A DNA stretch of 64,000 nucleotides, from positions 29,694 through 93,693 of the forward strand of contig JADFXX010000003.1 of the NCBI GenBank assembly GCA_015233335.1, given 5' to 3'. The translations under genes were made by a program, and so were the position numbers. The notes under the pieces are model-generated. The model was given only the letters and a program-made list of their open reading frames with translations, was not told the DNA's origin and did not search any database. Shown piece after piece: positions 16,804 to 26,778 of the stretch. Positions within the stretch are counted from its first letter, which is position 1; the number at the start of each line of letters is the position of its first letter. This DNA comes from Candidatus Omnitrophota bacterium. GTDB lineage: Bacteria > Omnitrophota > Gorgyraeia > Zapsychrales > Fredricksoniimonadaceae.

Positions 16804-17148
16804 TTAAATATGTCCAGCAAGTAAAACGTGGGTTGTAGCAAACTTCTCTTCTTTAATTTTAGGTTTGATGATGATTTCCACATCACGGTCTAATGCGTTA
16901 AGCAATTCAAATAAATGGTCTAAAGAAAACATGCTTAACTTACCATTCATTAGACAGGAGACCTTTGATTGAGGGATGCCTAAAAGCTCTGCCGCTTGCT
17001 TTTGAGTCAACCCTTTATCCATAATTATTTCTTTTATACGAATCATTATTTGAGAACGAACCAACACCCTTTCAGGATGAGGCAAACCAATATCTGCAAA
17101 AACATTGCCACTTCCTCTATAAACTTTTTCTTTTGTATTCATAAGCAC
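16804..17148 (-). CDS. higA: HigA-like XRE-family HTH antitoxin
   Basis: 114 aa. GLTQKQAAELLGIPQSKVSCLMNGK HTH. Immediately downstream of the Gp49/HigB-like toxin gene (3-nt gap), in toxin-first order. Confidence 0.75.
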   Translation of the reverse strand: MLMNTKEKVYRGSGNVFADIGLPHPERVLVRSQIMIRIKEIIMDKGLTQKQAAELLGIPQSKVSCLMNGKLSMFSLDHLFELLNALDRDVEIIIKPKIKEEKFATTHVLLAGHI

Positions 17149-17151
17149 CTC

Positions 17152-17514
17152 TCATGTATGGTCAAACTTATATAATTCTTCTGCTAATTTCAACCTTTGC
17201 TTAATTAATTCGATTTCATGCTGCGGTGTTTTAATACCCCTTTTTGACTTCTTTTGAAAACAATGTAAAACATAAATAACTTTGGCAAATTTAACAGTGT
17301 AAACTGCTCGGTATGTATCCCCAACAAAATTTTCAATAATCTCTAAAACACCCGCTCCTCCGAATCCTTTTAACGGTTTCGCCTCTGTTGGTTTTATACC
17401 CATTTGTACTTCATGAAGCGCATGTCCTATCTCTTGCTTCACTTCATCAGGAAATTCTTTTAAATCATCCCGAGACGAACCTATGAAATCCAACCTTTTA
17501 AGTTCAATGCTCAT
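17152..17514 (-). CDS. higB: HigB/RelE-superfamily toxin (phage Gp49-like, DUF891)
   Basis: Start taken at MSIELKRLDFIGSSRDDLKEFPDEV (ATG 17514). GAGVLEIIENFVGDTYRAVYTVKF…YVLHCFQKKSKRGIKTP is typical of the Gp49-like toxin family. Confidence 0.75.
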   Translation of the reverse strand: MSIELKRLDFIGSSRDDLKEFPDEVKQEIGHALHEVQMGIKPTEAKPLKGFGGAGVLEIIENFVGDTYRAVYTVKFAKVIYVLHCFQKKSKRGIKTPQHEIELIKQRLKLAEELYKFDHT

Positions 17515-17594
17515 TTTAAATATACCACATTTGATATAAGCAGGCAAAATTTTATGCGTAAACTTTTTCCAAGAACCCAATTAAACTCGGAACA

Positions 17595-17636
17595 TACTGA
17601 ACCCATCGGCCAACCGTAACTTTCTAGAAAAACGTT
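17595..17636 (-). repeat. Partial copy of the miaB 5' coding end plus an 18-nt junction motif (copy B)
   Basis: Minus strand AAC GTT TTT CTA GAA AGT TAC GGT|TGG CCG ATG GGT TCA GTA. Compare miaB AAA GTT TTC CTA GAG ACC TAC GGC|TGT CAA. It begins at the alkD-like stop codon. Confidence 0.7.
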
Positions 17637-18307
17637 CATCCTGCCACGTCAATATTTTTGAGCCTAAATTCCCGAAGGGCATCGGTGGCAATCCATCGAG
17701 CACTCTTTGAGGGAATTGCCTGCATGTCTTGAGCCGTTTCAATGGCAATTTTATTAAGGGCCTTGTTCCGTTTGCCAATTTGTCTTAAAGCCCAATTGAC
17801 CGCCTTTTTGACAAAATTCCGTTCATCAATGGCACCTCTAATAATAAGCGGGAAAAACGACAGAAAATTCTTGTCATCAGCTTCTTTATCATGAACTGCC
17901 AGGCAGGCCATCAAAACAAACCCCGCACGTTTAATAAATTCTTTCTCTTTATTTGACCATTCGACGGCCATGGAGTAAGCAAAAGGAGTTTTATCAAAAA
18001 GATTACTGCAAACCTGGTCGCAGATATCCCAACTATCGAAATCTTTCACCCAGCTGTTTATTTGTTTCTTGGTTACCATGGCGGGCACATCAATAAAGCC
18101 AGCCAAAAGGCGTGCCTCATGGATGCCAGAATCCCATAATTCCAAAGCCATAGTATGATTTTTACCAATCTCTTTGGCCATTTGACGCAAAACAGGGATG
18201 CTAACGCCCAAAGTATTATGTGTGTTAATCCCAAATCTTGCCATTCCCTCAACATTTCTTGGATTAGCCTGATTTTTTAGCTGTTGAATGATATTTTGAA
18301 AGCTCAT
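17636..18307 (-). CDS. DNA alkylation repair protein (AlkD-like HEAT-repeat family)
   Basis: 223 aa. NPRNVEGMARFGINTHNTLGVSIPVLRQMAKEIGKNH…ELWDSGIHEARLLA…WVKDFDSWDICD matches the PF08713-type pattern. Confidence 0.75.
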   Translation of the reverse strand: MSFQNIIQQLKNQANPRNVEGMARFGINTHNTLGVSIPVLRQMAKEIGKNHTMALELWDSGIHEARLLAGFIDVPAMVTKKQINSWVKDFDSWDICDQVCSNLFDKTPFAYSMAVEWSNKEKEFIKRAGFVLMACLAVHDKEADDKNFLSFFPLIIRGAIDERNFVKKAVNWALRQIGKRNKALNKIAIETAQDMQAIPSKSARWIATDALREFRLKNIDVAG

Positions 18308-18400
18308 TTAATAATTTTCTACTCCGCCCTTCCAAATAGAACGCCGGTCATTATACCTCAAATATGGATTTGATTTAAATAACTAACAAAAGTCATGTAA

Positions 18401-18523
18401 TACTGCAACCAACGGCCAGCCGTAGGTTTCTAAAAATACTTTTTTCCGTAATGTGTTATTTGTTATTATGTTAAAAAAAACCGTATACGTTTAACGGTTA
18501 AATTCTTTAGATAAACGGTATTT
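18401..18523 (-). pseudogene. Displaced, startless copy of the miaB 5' end with diverged miaB leader (copy C)
   Basis: Minus strand ACA AAT AAC ACA TTA CGG AAA AAA GTA TTT TTA GAA ACC TAC GGC|TGG CCG TTG GTT GCA GTA. This gives 15 in-frame codons matching miaB codons 2-16, with GTG replaced by ATA. The upstream part resembles 16726-16790. Confidence 0.7.
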
Positions 18524-18607
18524 GATGTTTAGCGTTCTAAGACATCTTACGATTCTTCGTCGCTATCGCTCCTCAGAATGACGATTTTCTCTATGTGCGC
18601 TAAACAT
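18524..18607. repeat. About 85-nt MITE-like insert with 10-nt terminal inverted repeats
   Basis: ATGTTTAGCG (18525-18534) and CGCTAAACAT (18598-18607) are flanked by the near-duplicates AGATAAACGGTAT and CGATAAACGAGTAT. It interrupts the hairpin-like part of copy C. Confidence 0.3.
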
Positions 18608-18773
18608 TAACGATAAACGAGTATGACTTATAAGTGCTGTTTTGGAATATTTTTTGCCCAATAGCAGTTGCCCTGAATTTCCGGGTAACTGAAGCCTTAT
18701 TAAGCTCTTTTTCTTTAAAGAGATTTATAATATGCTCACCTTATAGTTTTGACATCTCCATTGAAAAGCTCTG

Positions 18774-19193
18774 CTATCTGTTTGGACAGATCTTGCGTTG
18801 ATCGTTGATTGCTTTTTCTAATTGGGCTGGCTGGTCAGTGCCTATATAATAGGCCATGCCGTTCTTCATTTTTAGTTCAATAGTATCAAATCCAGAGACA
18901 TTGAACAGCCATCGTTTCCCCCAACCATGAATACCCCAAGAACAGCATTTTGTTTTTGAAATTTGACAATTTTCAATACTTTTAAGTCTAAATTTTTTCC
19001 GTATAATTCCCGGGCCAAATGCAATATTAACGTTTTCAGCGTCAACAGATACTGTCAGCGTTGCGAATAAAACAGCTAAAATGGATAAAATCCAAACTGA
19101 CAACGCGCTGACATTTAAGAAAAATGTGATCATAGCCGCGGCACCTAAAGAACAAATGATAACCCAACCGATTTGCGTGTGTTTATAAATCAT
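18774..19193 (-). CDS. Hypothetical membrane protein (two N-terminal TM helices + small soluble domain)
   Basis: 139 aa. TM helices IGWVIICSLGAAAMITFFL and VWILSILAVLFATLTV. The start overlaps the GIY-YIG stop (ATGA). I recognise no family. Confidence 0.5.
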   Translation of the reverse strand: MIYKHTQIGWVIICSLGAAAMITFFLNVSALSVWILSILAVLFATLTVSVDAENVNIAFGPGIIRKKFRLKSIENCQISKTKCCSWGIHGWGKRWLFNVSGFDTIELKMKNGMAYYIGTDQPAQLEKAINDQRKICPNR

Positions 19194-19492
19194 ATCAATG
19201 AATCCTTTAACAATTCGTTGAAGGTTATTTTGGTCTTAAATTTTTGAACTAATTCTTCCTTTTCTTTACGAGGCAAACTCTTAATTTTAATTTCATTATT
19301 TATGGCGTGCTTATAATACCCATACTTTTTTAGATAGACTAATTTTAGAGGTTGACGACCTCTAAGATATTTTGCCCCACGACCCTTTGAATGCAAATCG
19401 AAGCGTTTTTTAATGTCATTAGTATATCCGGTATAATAAGTGTTTCGTTTATCCTCAATAATATACACGAAAAAAAGACCATGTCTTTTCAT
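19190..19492 (-). CDS. GIY-YIG nuclease family protein (UPF0213/YhbQ-like)
   Basis: 100 aa. FFVYIIEDKRNTYYTGYTNDIKKRFDLHSKG…GAKYLRGR is a classic GIY-YIG layout. Confidence 0.8.
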   Translation of the reverse strand: MKRHGLFFVYIIEDKRNTYYTGYTNDIKKRFDLHSKGRGAKYLRGRQPLKLVYLKKYGYYKHAINNEIKIKSLPRKEKEELVQKFKTKITFNELLKDSLI

Positions 19493-20031
19493 TTATTGGA
19501 AGCCTGATCAGATGCTTTTTTAAGATCTTCAAGGAAATTAGGGTTTATAGTTCCTCCTAATTCTTCTGCTTTATATACGTCTAACCAGGCTTTAGTATAT
19601 TCTTTTGTGTTATACCAAGAAAGCGCGCGGTTGATATAGGCCTTTGTATAATTTGGATTAATTTGTATGGCATGGGTAAAATCGGCAATTGAATCTGATA
19701 AGTTGCCCTGCTTGGCATACGAATGGCCGCGATTATTGTAGGCTTCTGCATCATTAGGGTTATTGGCAATAGCCATTGTAAAATCAGCAATGCTTTCGGT
19801 CAAATACCCCAGTTCGGCATAGATGACTCCGCGGTTATTATAAGCTTTTGTAATGTTGGGATCGATATCAATGGCCTTGGTGTAGTCTGAAACAGCCTTC
19901 GCATAGTAACTTTGTTTATAGTAGGCATTGCCACGATCCAAGTAGTCCTCTGCTGTTTGTGCATAAACATCACAGCTTAATAATAAACCGCTGATTATAA
20001 AAAATGAAACAAAACTGTTGAATAATATCAT
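19489..20031 (-). CDS. TPR-repeat lipoprotein
   Basis: 180 aa. Lipobox-like LLLSC, then four tandem TPR units (…AYNNRG.IYA.LG…). Confidence 0.7.
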   Translation of the reverse strand: MILFNSFVSFFIISGLLLSCDVYAQTAEDYLDRGNAYYKQSYYAKAVSDYTKAIDIDPNITKAYNNRGVIYAELGYLTESIADFTMAIANNPNDAEAYNNRGHSYAKQGNLSDSIADFTHAIQINPNYTKAYINRALSWYNTKEYTKAWLDVYKAEELGGTINPNFLEDLKKASDQASNK

Positions 20032-20540
20032 GAGTGAGTAAGGATTCGAGTATATGTATTATAGTTAATTTCATTGAAACAAACAAAGATGACTTTATTG
20101 ACTTGAGATCCCAATATATTGTCTTTGACCGTCCTAATAGCTATTTGTGCGGCGCGTTCAATGGGGAAACAATAAACACCTGTGCTGATAGCGGGAAATG
20201 CGATTGAGCGAATTAGATTTTCTTGGGCTAGTTTCAACGAATTGCGATAGCAATTGGCAAGAAGGGTGTCTTCATTTTGACTTCCGTCCTGCCATACAGG
20301 TCCCACCGTATGAATAACAAATTTAGACGGCAGTGCGTAGGCTTTTGTTATTTTGGCCTCCCCTGTTCTGCAGCCATGCAAGGTGAGGCATTCTGCTAAA
20401 AGCAATGGTCCCGCAGCCCTATGAATGGCCCCATCAACACCGCCACCGCCCAAAAGGGTGGAATTCGCTGCATTGACAATTGCATCCACATGTTCTTTGG
20501 TAATGTCACCAAGTTTAGCTTCTATGAGTTCATTGGACAT
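20028..20540 (-). CDS. Macro domain protein (O-acetyl-ADP-ribose deacetylase, YmdB-like)
   Basis: 170 aa. GDITKEHVDAIVNAANSTLLGGGGVDGAIHRAAGP and SIAFPAISTGVY. Confidence 0.85.
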   Translation of the reverse strand: MSNELIEAKLGDITKEHVDAIVNAANSTLLGGGGVDGAIHRAAGPLLLAECLTLHGCRTGEAKITKAYALPSKFVIHTVGPVWQDGSQNEDTLLANCYRNSLKLAQENLIRSIAFPAISTGVYCFPIERAAQIAIRTVKDNILGSQVNKVIFVCFNEINYNTYTRILTHS

Positions 20541-22365
20541 ATTTATATTTATGGTCGACCGCCAATAAAAGTTTCTTTAACGCAGATAAAACATTAGGAT
20601 CTTTTCCGTGGGCCAGCAGCTGGCGGGAATACCTGTTCATGGCATCCATGTCATTTAATCCGGCATAGGCTTGAACTAAGCCAAATAGAGATGCATCTTC
20701 ATTAGGAATAATGTCTAAACTCATCTGATAGAATTCAACTGCTTGTTTATAATTTGACTCCAATAAGGCAATAAATCCAAGATTGTCATAGGCTTCGATA
20801 CAATATTTGTCTAGTTTTATGGTTTTTAAAAACGCATCTTTAGCTAATTTGTAGTCCTTTTGGTTAAAATAGATGACGCCAAGATTATTATAGGATGAAG
20901 AGAATTTAGGATCCAATTGGACAGATAAAAGAAATTCTTCTCGGGCCTGGTTTATCGATCCTAACTGCGCATCGATTAGACCTAAGTTATAATAGATGCT
21001 GGCATCCGGTTTTTTCTCAAGGGCTTTAGAAAAATAATACCTGGCTTGCCGGTATTCTTTTTTTCTTACGTAATAGTTTGCAAGATAAGTATTATTAATG
21101 GCCGGAAGAGGATCGATTTGTTGGGACCAATAAAAATAATAATTGTACTCATCCCCCCAAATACGATTATAGTCACGTACAAGAGCGATCATCATAACTA
21201 TTAAAATAATAAAAATTATAAGAAATCCTTTGTTCCAATAGGAATACAATTTAAGGCCGATCAAGGAAATAAATATAAAAAATCCCACCGAAGCGAATGT
21301 GACCCATTGAGGCTCAATAAGAAGACCGTAAAAGGTTTTATCGTAAGGCGGATAAGCGGCTAGAAACACGGGAATAAAACCCATCAATAGCCATGTCACA
21401 CAAAAGAATATGATGCTTCTTGAGTTTCTTTTTAGTAATAGTCCCCAGCCTCCAAGCAATGCCAGAAGACCTATGAGCCAGATAAAAGCATTGAACCCTC
21501 TCATCCAAGGGCTATTCCAGAAAAACACAATGCCCTGAGGACAAAACAATTTAGAAATATACAAATAAATGATTTTAGAGAATGTCGATAAATAAGTTAC
21601 CGGATGCATGTGAGCAACAGGCAAGGTTGAGTGGAGATCGGTGCACTGAAACCTGAAAATGAGGTAAACGAGAAGAATAAACCAGTAGGGCCAGCTTTTG
21701 AGCAAAGCTCGTTTAAAATCCATCTGTTTAAAATAGAAGCCTGCGAAGAAAACGTAAAATGGCAAAACAATAGATGTCTCATGGCACATTAGAGCCACTA
21801 CAAAACAAATAAAACTTGCCGCATAAAGAATGTATTTGCAGGATCCCTCTAAGGCTTTCAGGAAACAAATTAAAATCAAAAACATACAGATAAAGCGGAC
21901 AGCATGAAGAGTGGACGTAATGTAATCAACATAAAATACATTGATGGGATGGACAGCAAATAAGAGACTTGTTGTAAGCCCTAAGGCCGTATTTTTAAAG
22001 AAAAGATCAATAAAAATATAGACCATAAAACACATCAGGGAAAATAATATCAGATTAACAATATGGTAGCCAAAAGGGTTATTCCCGAAAGACAGATAAG
22101 AAATCAGGAAAATGATATGCGCGACCGGCCGGTAATAATTATCGCTGACATTAAAGATTGCTCCTTTTTCAAAGCCCAAAGAAGGGTAAAAAAAGGTGTT
22201 GGGGAGGAATTTGATATTGTTAAGTTTGATATCAGAGAATACAGGGCCGTCATCGATCATGAAGGCATTGTGTAAGCTGTTGCTATAGGCAATAAAGGAG
22301 ACCCCTAATAAAGCGAAGAAAACAATCACAAGTTCGAATTTTCTTAAAATAATTAAATGACGCAT
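20530..22365 (-). CDS. Polytopic membrane protein with C-terminal TPR repeats (TMTC/GT-C glycosyltransferase-like)
   Basis: 611 aa. N-terminal AYSNSLHNAFMIDDGPVF (TMTC/DUF1736-like), more than 10 predicted TM helices, and about 5 C-terminal TPR units. Confidence 0.55.
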   Translation of the reverse strand: MRHLIILRKFELVIVFFALLGVSFIAYSNSLHNAFMIDDGPVFSDIKLNNIKFLPNTFFYPSLGFEKGAIFNVSDNYYRPVAHIIFLISYLSFGNNPFGYHIVNLILFSLMCFMVYIFIDLFFKNTALGLTTSLLFAVHPINVFYVDYITSTLHAVRFICMFLILICFLKALEGSCKYILYAASFICFVVALMCHETSIVLPFYVFFAGFYFKQMDFKRALLKSWPYWFILLVYLIFRFQCTDLHSTLPVAHMHPVTYLSTFSKIIYLYISKLFCPQGIVFFWNSPWMRGFNAFIWLIGLLALLGGWGLLLKRNSRSIIFFCVTWLLMGFIPVFLAAYPPYDKTFYGLLIEPQWVTFASVGFFIFISLIGLKLYSYWNKGFLIIFIILIVMMIALVRDYNRIWGDEYNYYFYWSQQIDPLPAINNTYLANYYVRKKEYRQARYYFSKALEKKPDASIYYNLGLIDAQLGSINQAREEFLLSVQLDPKFSSSYNNLGVIYFNQKDYKLAKDAFLKTIKLDKYCIEAYDNLGFIALLESNYKQAVEFYQMSLDIIPNEDASLFGLVQAYAGLNDMDAMNRYSRQLLAHGKDPNVLSALKKLLLAVDHKYKYVQ

Positions 22366-22366
22366 G

Positions 22367-22825
22367 CTAATTTATTTTGACCTTAAAAACCAACTTTTTG
22401 ACCTGACCTTTGTATTTGTCATATAAACACGACGGCCGGTGGGGCTCCGGAGGGTAAAAAACAGCAAATTCACCTTCCTTTACGATCAAATCCGTCATGG
22501 TGTCATCGGAGCTTTTATAAAAACAGTAATCACCTTTTTGGTCATAATCTGTTAAGGGGATCAAATCGTTCATGTGTGCTGTTTGCATCAGCTCTGTTCC
22601 GCTTACCACATATTGCACATCAGCATAAATACGGTGTATTTCAAAGCGGTTTTCTAAAGGCGGCTTTGGGGTATAGGTCATTATACGCACAAATAATTGT
22701 CTGCCTTGAATTTCAATTTCTCCATCCGGCAGATTAGCGCAATCATGTTCGGCGATAAATTTAAGGATTTCACCGGAATTTGGAACCGCATAACGCTCTA
22801 AATGATCAATGCTATCAATGATCAT
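22367..22825 (-). CDS. YhcH/YjgK/YiaL family (DUF386) protein
   Basis: 152 aa. EIHRIYADVQYVVSG…FAVFYPPEPHRPSC…VKKLVFKVK aligns with E. coli YhcH. Confidence 0.8.
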   Translation of the reverse strand: MIIDSIDHLERYAVPNSGEILKFIAEHDCANLPDGEIEIQGRQLFVRIMTYTPKPPLENRFEIHRIYADVQYVVSGTELMQTAHMNDLIPLTDYDQKGDYCFYKSSDDTMTDLIVKEGEFAVFYPPEPHRPSCLYDKYKGQVKKLVFKVKIN

Positions 22826-23472
22826 ACATCTGCTCCTCTAAAGGTCCGGCGGTGGATGATGCAGGGACCGTGCCACTTGATGGCTGATAGATGCGCCTTG
22901 GTGGGATAGCCTTTATGCTCTGCAAACCCATATTGAGGGTAAATTTTATCATAGGCTTTTAAAATATGGTCGCGATAAACTTTAGCTATGATGGACGCAC
23001 AGGCTATGGACAATGATTTTCCATCACCCCCTACGATCGTCTGATGCCGGTACTCAAGTTGGGTTCTGAAAATATTGCCGTCCACTAAAAGCATGACCCG
23101 ATGGCAAAAGGTATTGTGGGAGGTTATCTCAGAGGGCATACGCCAGATGAGTTGTTGTACTGCCATGTCCATGGCCCTGTGTGAGGCATTGAGGATATTA
23201 ATGATATCAATGGCCGCTTCAGAGATCATGCCGATGCCGACATAAGCTTTTTCAAAAATTTCATGGAAGGCGGCTTCACGGGCAGCCGGGGTCATTTTTT
23301 TGGAATCGTTGATAGGACACTTAAAATCAAATTGTTTCAGACAAACCGCAGCTGCGACCACGGGCCCGGCCAAGGGGCCGCGGCCTGCCTCATCCACTCC
23401 TAAAATAAAACGCAAGCCTTGATTGACGGCTTGCGTTTCAAAATGAAGCATATCTGCGGCTTGAGCAGACAT
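22822..23472 (-). CDS. rnhB: Ribonuclease HII
   Basis: GVDEAGRGPLAGPVVAAAV and DSKK motifs; 216 aa. Confidence 0.9.
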   Translation of the reverse strand: MSAQAADMLHFETQAVNQGLRFILGVDEAGRGPLAGPVVAAAVCLKQFDFKCPINDSKKMTPAAREAAFHEIFEKAYVGIGMISEAAIDIINILNASHRAMDMAVQQLIWRMPSEITSHNTFCHRVMLLVDGNIFRTQLEYRHQTIVGGDGKSLSIACASIIAKVYRDHILKAYDKIYPQYGFAEHKGYPTKAHLSAIKWHGPCIIHRRTFRGADV

Positions 23473-23478
23473 TAAATT

Positions 23479-23844
23479 TTATTGAACTGTTTGGTCAACT
23501 TGGACGCGGGCTTTTTTGCCTAAACGGTCGCGCAGGTAGTACAATTTTGCGCGTTTGATAACGCCTTTGGAAACTACTTCAATCTTCTCGATGACAGGAG
23601 AATTGACCGGGAAGGTTCTTTCAACCCCTTCACCAAAAGATATCTTACGGACGGTAAAAGCAGCGCCTATACCGATGCCGGTTTTCTTGATCACAGTCCC
23701 CTCAAAAGGATGAATGCGGATCTTATCAGCTTCTTTAACCTTGATCTTCATTTTTACGGTGTCACCAACGTCAAATTTGGGTAAATCCTTGCGAATGTTA
23801 TTCGCATTGACTGAATTCATCTTTTCAAGACTGCTTGCCATCAT
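23479..23844 (-). CDS. rplS: 50S ribosomal protein L19
   Basis: 121 aa. PKFDVGDTV…[11 protein letters not shown]…[21 protein letters not shown]. Confidence 0.95.
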   Translation of the reverse strand: MMASSLEKMNSVNANNIRKDLPKFDVGDTVKMKIKVKEADKIRIHPFEGTVIKKTGIGIGAAFTVRKISFGEGVERTFPVNSPVIEKIEVVSKGVIKRAKLYYLRDRLGKKARVQVDQTVQ

Positions 23845-23845
23845 T

Positions 23846-24549
23846 TCAAACTCCTTTGTCTTTCTTTAATAAATCGGGCCGGACCGCTTTGGTCAAGGCT
23901 AATGCTCTCGAATTGCGCCAAATTTCGATTGTTTTATGATTGCCAGATAATAACACATCCGGGACTTTTTTACCACGGAAATTTGCCGGCCGGGTGTACT
24001 GCGGCCCTTCCAACAAATTATCTTCAAAGGACTCATGGATGAGAGATTCCTTTTTGCCTAAAACACCTGGGATCAGGCGTGTAATTGCATCGACAATTAA
24101 CATGGCCGGTATTTCTCCCCCAGTCAGTACATAATCGCCAACCGAGAGCTCTTCATCGACTAGAGACTCACGTACACGTTCATCAATCCCTTCGTAATGG
24201 CCACAGATAATAATCAAATTTTTGGCCTTGGTCAAGCGTTTTGCGTGAAATTGTGTAAATGGCTTTCCCGCAGGAGAAGTATAAATCACCTTTGCCTTGC
24301 GTCTGCCCTTGATAGCTTTAACCGCATCGAATAAAGGCTGCGGCATCATGACCATGCCCGGCCCTCCGCCAAACGGACGGTCATCGATTTTACGGTGTTT
24401 CTTATCATCGGTGTAATCGCGCAGGTCATGGACGCGAATGGCGATTCGCTTTTTTTCCTGAGCACGTTTAAGGATGGACTCGTTAAAAACAGGCACAAAC
24501 ATCGTCGGAAAGATAGTGATGATGTCGAAACGATTCATAATATTTTTCA

Positions 24550-24550
<1 letters not shown>
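23846..24550 (-). CDS. trmD: tRNA (guanine37-N1)-methyltransferase
   Basis: 234 aa. [48 protein letters not shown]. Confidence 0.95.
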
Positions 24551-25707
<1,157 letters not shown>

Positions 25708-26778
25708 TCAAAGGATCAACATGGCATCCCCATAGCTATAAAACCGGTAACGTTTGTTTATGGCCTCTTGGTAGGCCTTCATTACCAGATCATACCCTCC
25801 GAAAGCACAAGCCAGCATTAAAAGAGTGCTGTAAGGCAGATGAAAATTGGTGATGAGCGCATCTGTTATCTTAAATTTATAGTTCGGATAAATAAACATA
25901 TTACTGTGGCCTTCCAGGATTCCGCTATGATTGACAGATTCAAGCACGCGGCAGCTTGTTGATCCAACAGCTACAACAGGAAAAGATTTCTTTTTAGCTT
26001 CCAGGATGCTTTTTAAACCCGCCTGTGTGAGCTTATACGGCTCCGCATGCATTTGATGCGAACGAATATCAGGACATTCAACAGGTTTAAATGTCCCATA
26101 ATTAATGTGTAAGGTCAACTCTAAAAATCGATGTCCATGATTTCTAAGTTCATTCATTAGATCATTGGTAAAATGCAATCCTGCTGTGGGAGATGCGACA
26201 GAGCCAAATTTTTTGGCATATACGGTTTGATAATCTTCACGATCATGAGAAGTGTCCGGTCGTTTAATATAGGGAGGTAATGGGATATGGCCGATTTTTT
26301 GTAAATGCTTGATAATGTTTTTTTTATTAAAACGCACGATACGCTTTTCTTTGTTTGAAACAACTGCTCTGACACCATCGCTAAAATCAATCGTTTCGCC
26401 TTCACGCATCTTTTTAAGAGGCCTTAGTAAAACTTCGAATGAATATCCATCCTTTAAGGGTGATAGTAAAAAGATTTCCACTGCCCCACCGGTTGATCTA
26501 TGCCCTAATAAACGTGCTGGAATTACGCGAGAGTTGTTGATAACTATAAGACTTGGATCAGGCAGATAATGTTTAAGGTGACTAAAAGAGTCATGACGGA
26601 TAGTGCCTTCATGCCGGTCGATTATCATAAGACGGGCTTGATCACGGCGCTCACATGGCCGTTGAGCAATCAACTCTTCAGGCAGGTGATAAAAATAAGA
26701 CCCTAGTCGATAGATATCACTTGGTGTTGTGGAGGGAGGGTTTGCTGTCTTTGATGGTTTCGGGTTTTTCAAGTTCAT
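25708..26778 (-). CDS. queA: S-adenosylmethionine:tRNA ribosyltransferase-isomerase
   Basis: 356 aa. YHLPEELIAQRP…RDQARLM, PLPPYIKR, VASPTAGLHFT. The N-terminal 25 aa overlap the SpoIID-like 3' end. Confidence 0.92.
   Translation of the reverse strand: MNLKNPKPSKTANPPSTTPSDIYRLGSYFYHLPEELIAQRPCERRDQARLMIIDRHEGTIRHDSFSHLKHYLPDPSLIVINNSRVIPARLLGHRSTGGAVEIFLLSPLKDGYSFEVLLRPLKKMREGETIDFSDGVRAVVSNKEKRIVRFNKKNIIKHLQKIGHIPLPPYIKRPDTSHDREDYQTVYAKKFGSVASPTAGLHFTNDLMNELRNHGHRFLELTLHINYGTFKPVECPDIRSHQMHAEPYKLTQAGLKSILEAKKKSFPVVAVGSTSCRVLESVNHSGILEGHSNMFIYPNYKFKITDALITNFHLPYSTLLMLACAFGGYDLVMKAYQEAINKRYRFYSYGDAMLIL

Noticed and set aside
17581-17778. A 65-aa minus-strand ORF overlapping the alkD-like 3' end.
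   Set aside because: It is an out-of-frame reading of the alkD 3' end plus miaB-fragment copy B, with no motif support.
18661-18687. Inverted repeat CAGTTGCCC-N9-GGGTAACTG, plus a small CTCTTT/AAAGAG hairpin at about 18705-18722, in the 466-bp gap. I considered an sRNA or terminator.
   Set aside because: Neither is followed by a proper U-tract on either strand. There is no promoter evidence and no resemblance to SRP, 6S, tmRNA or RNase P RNAs that I can recognise. I cannot support a call.
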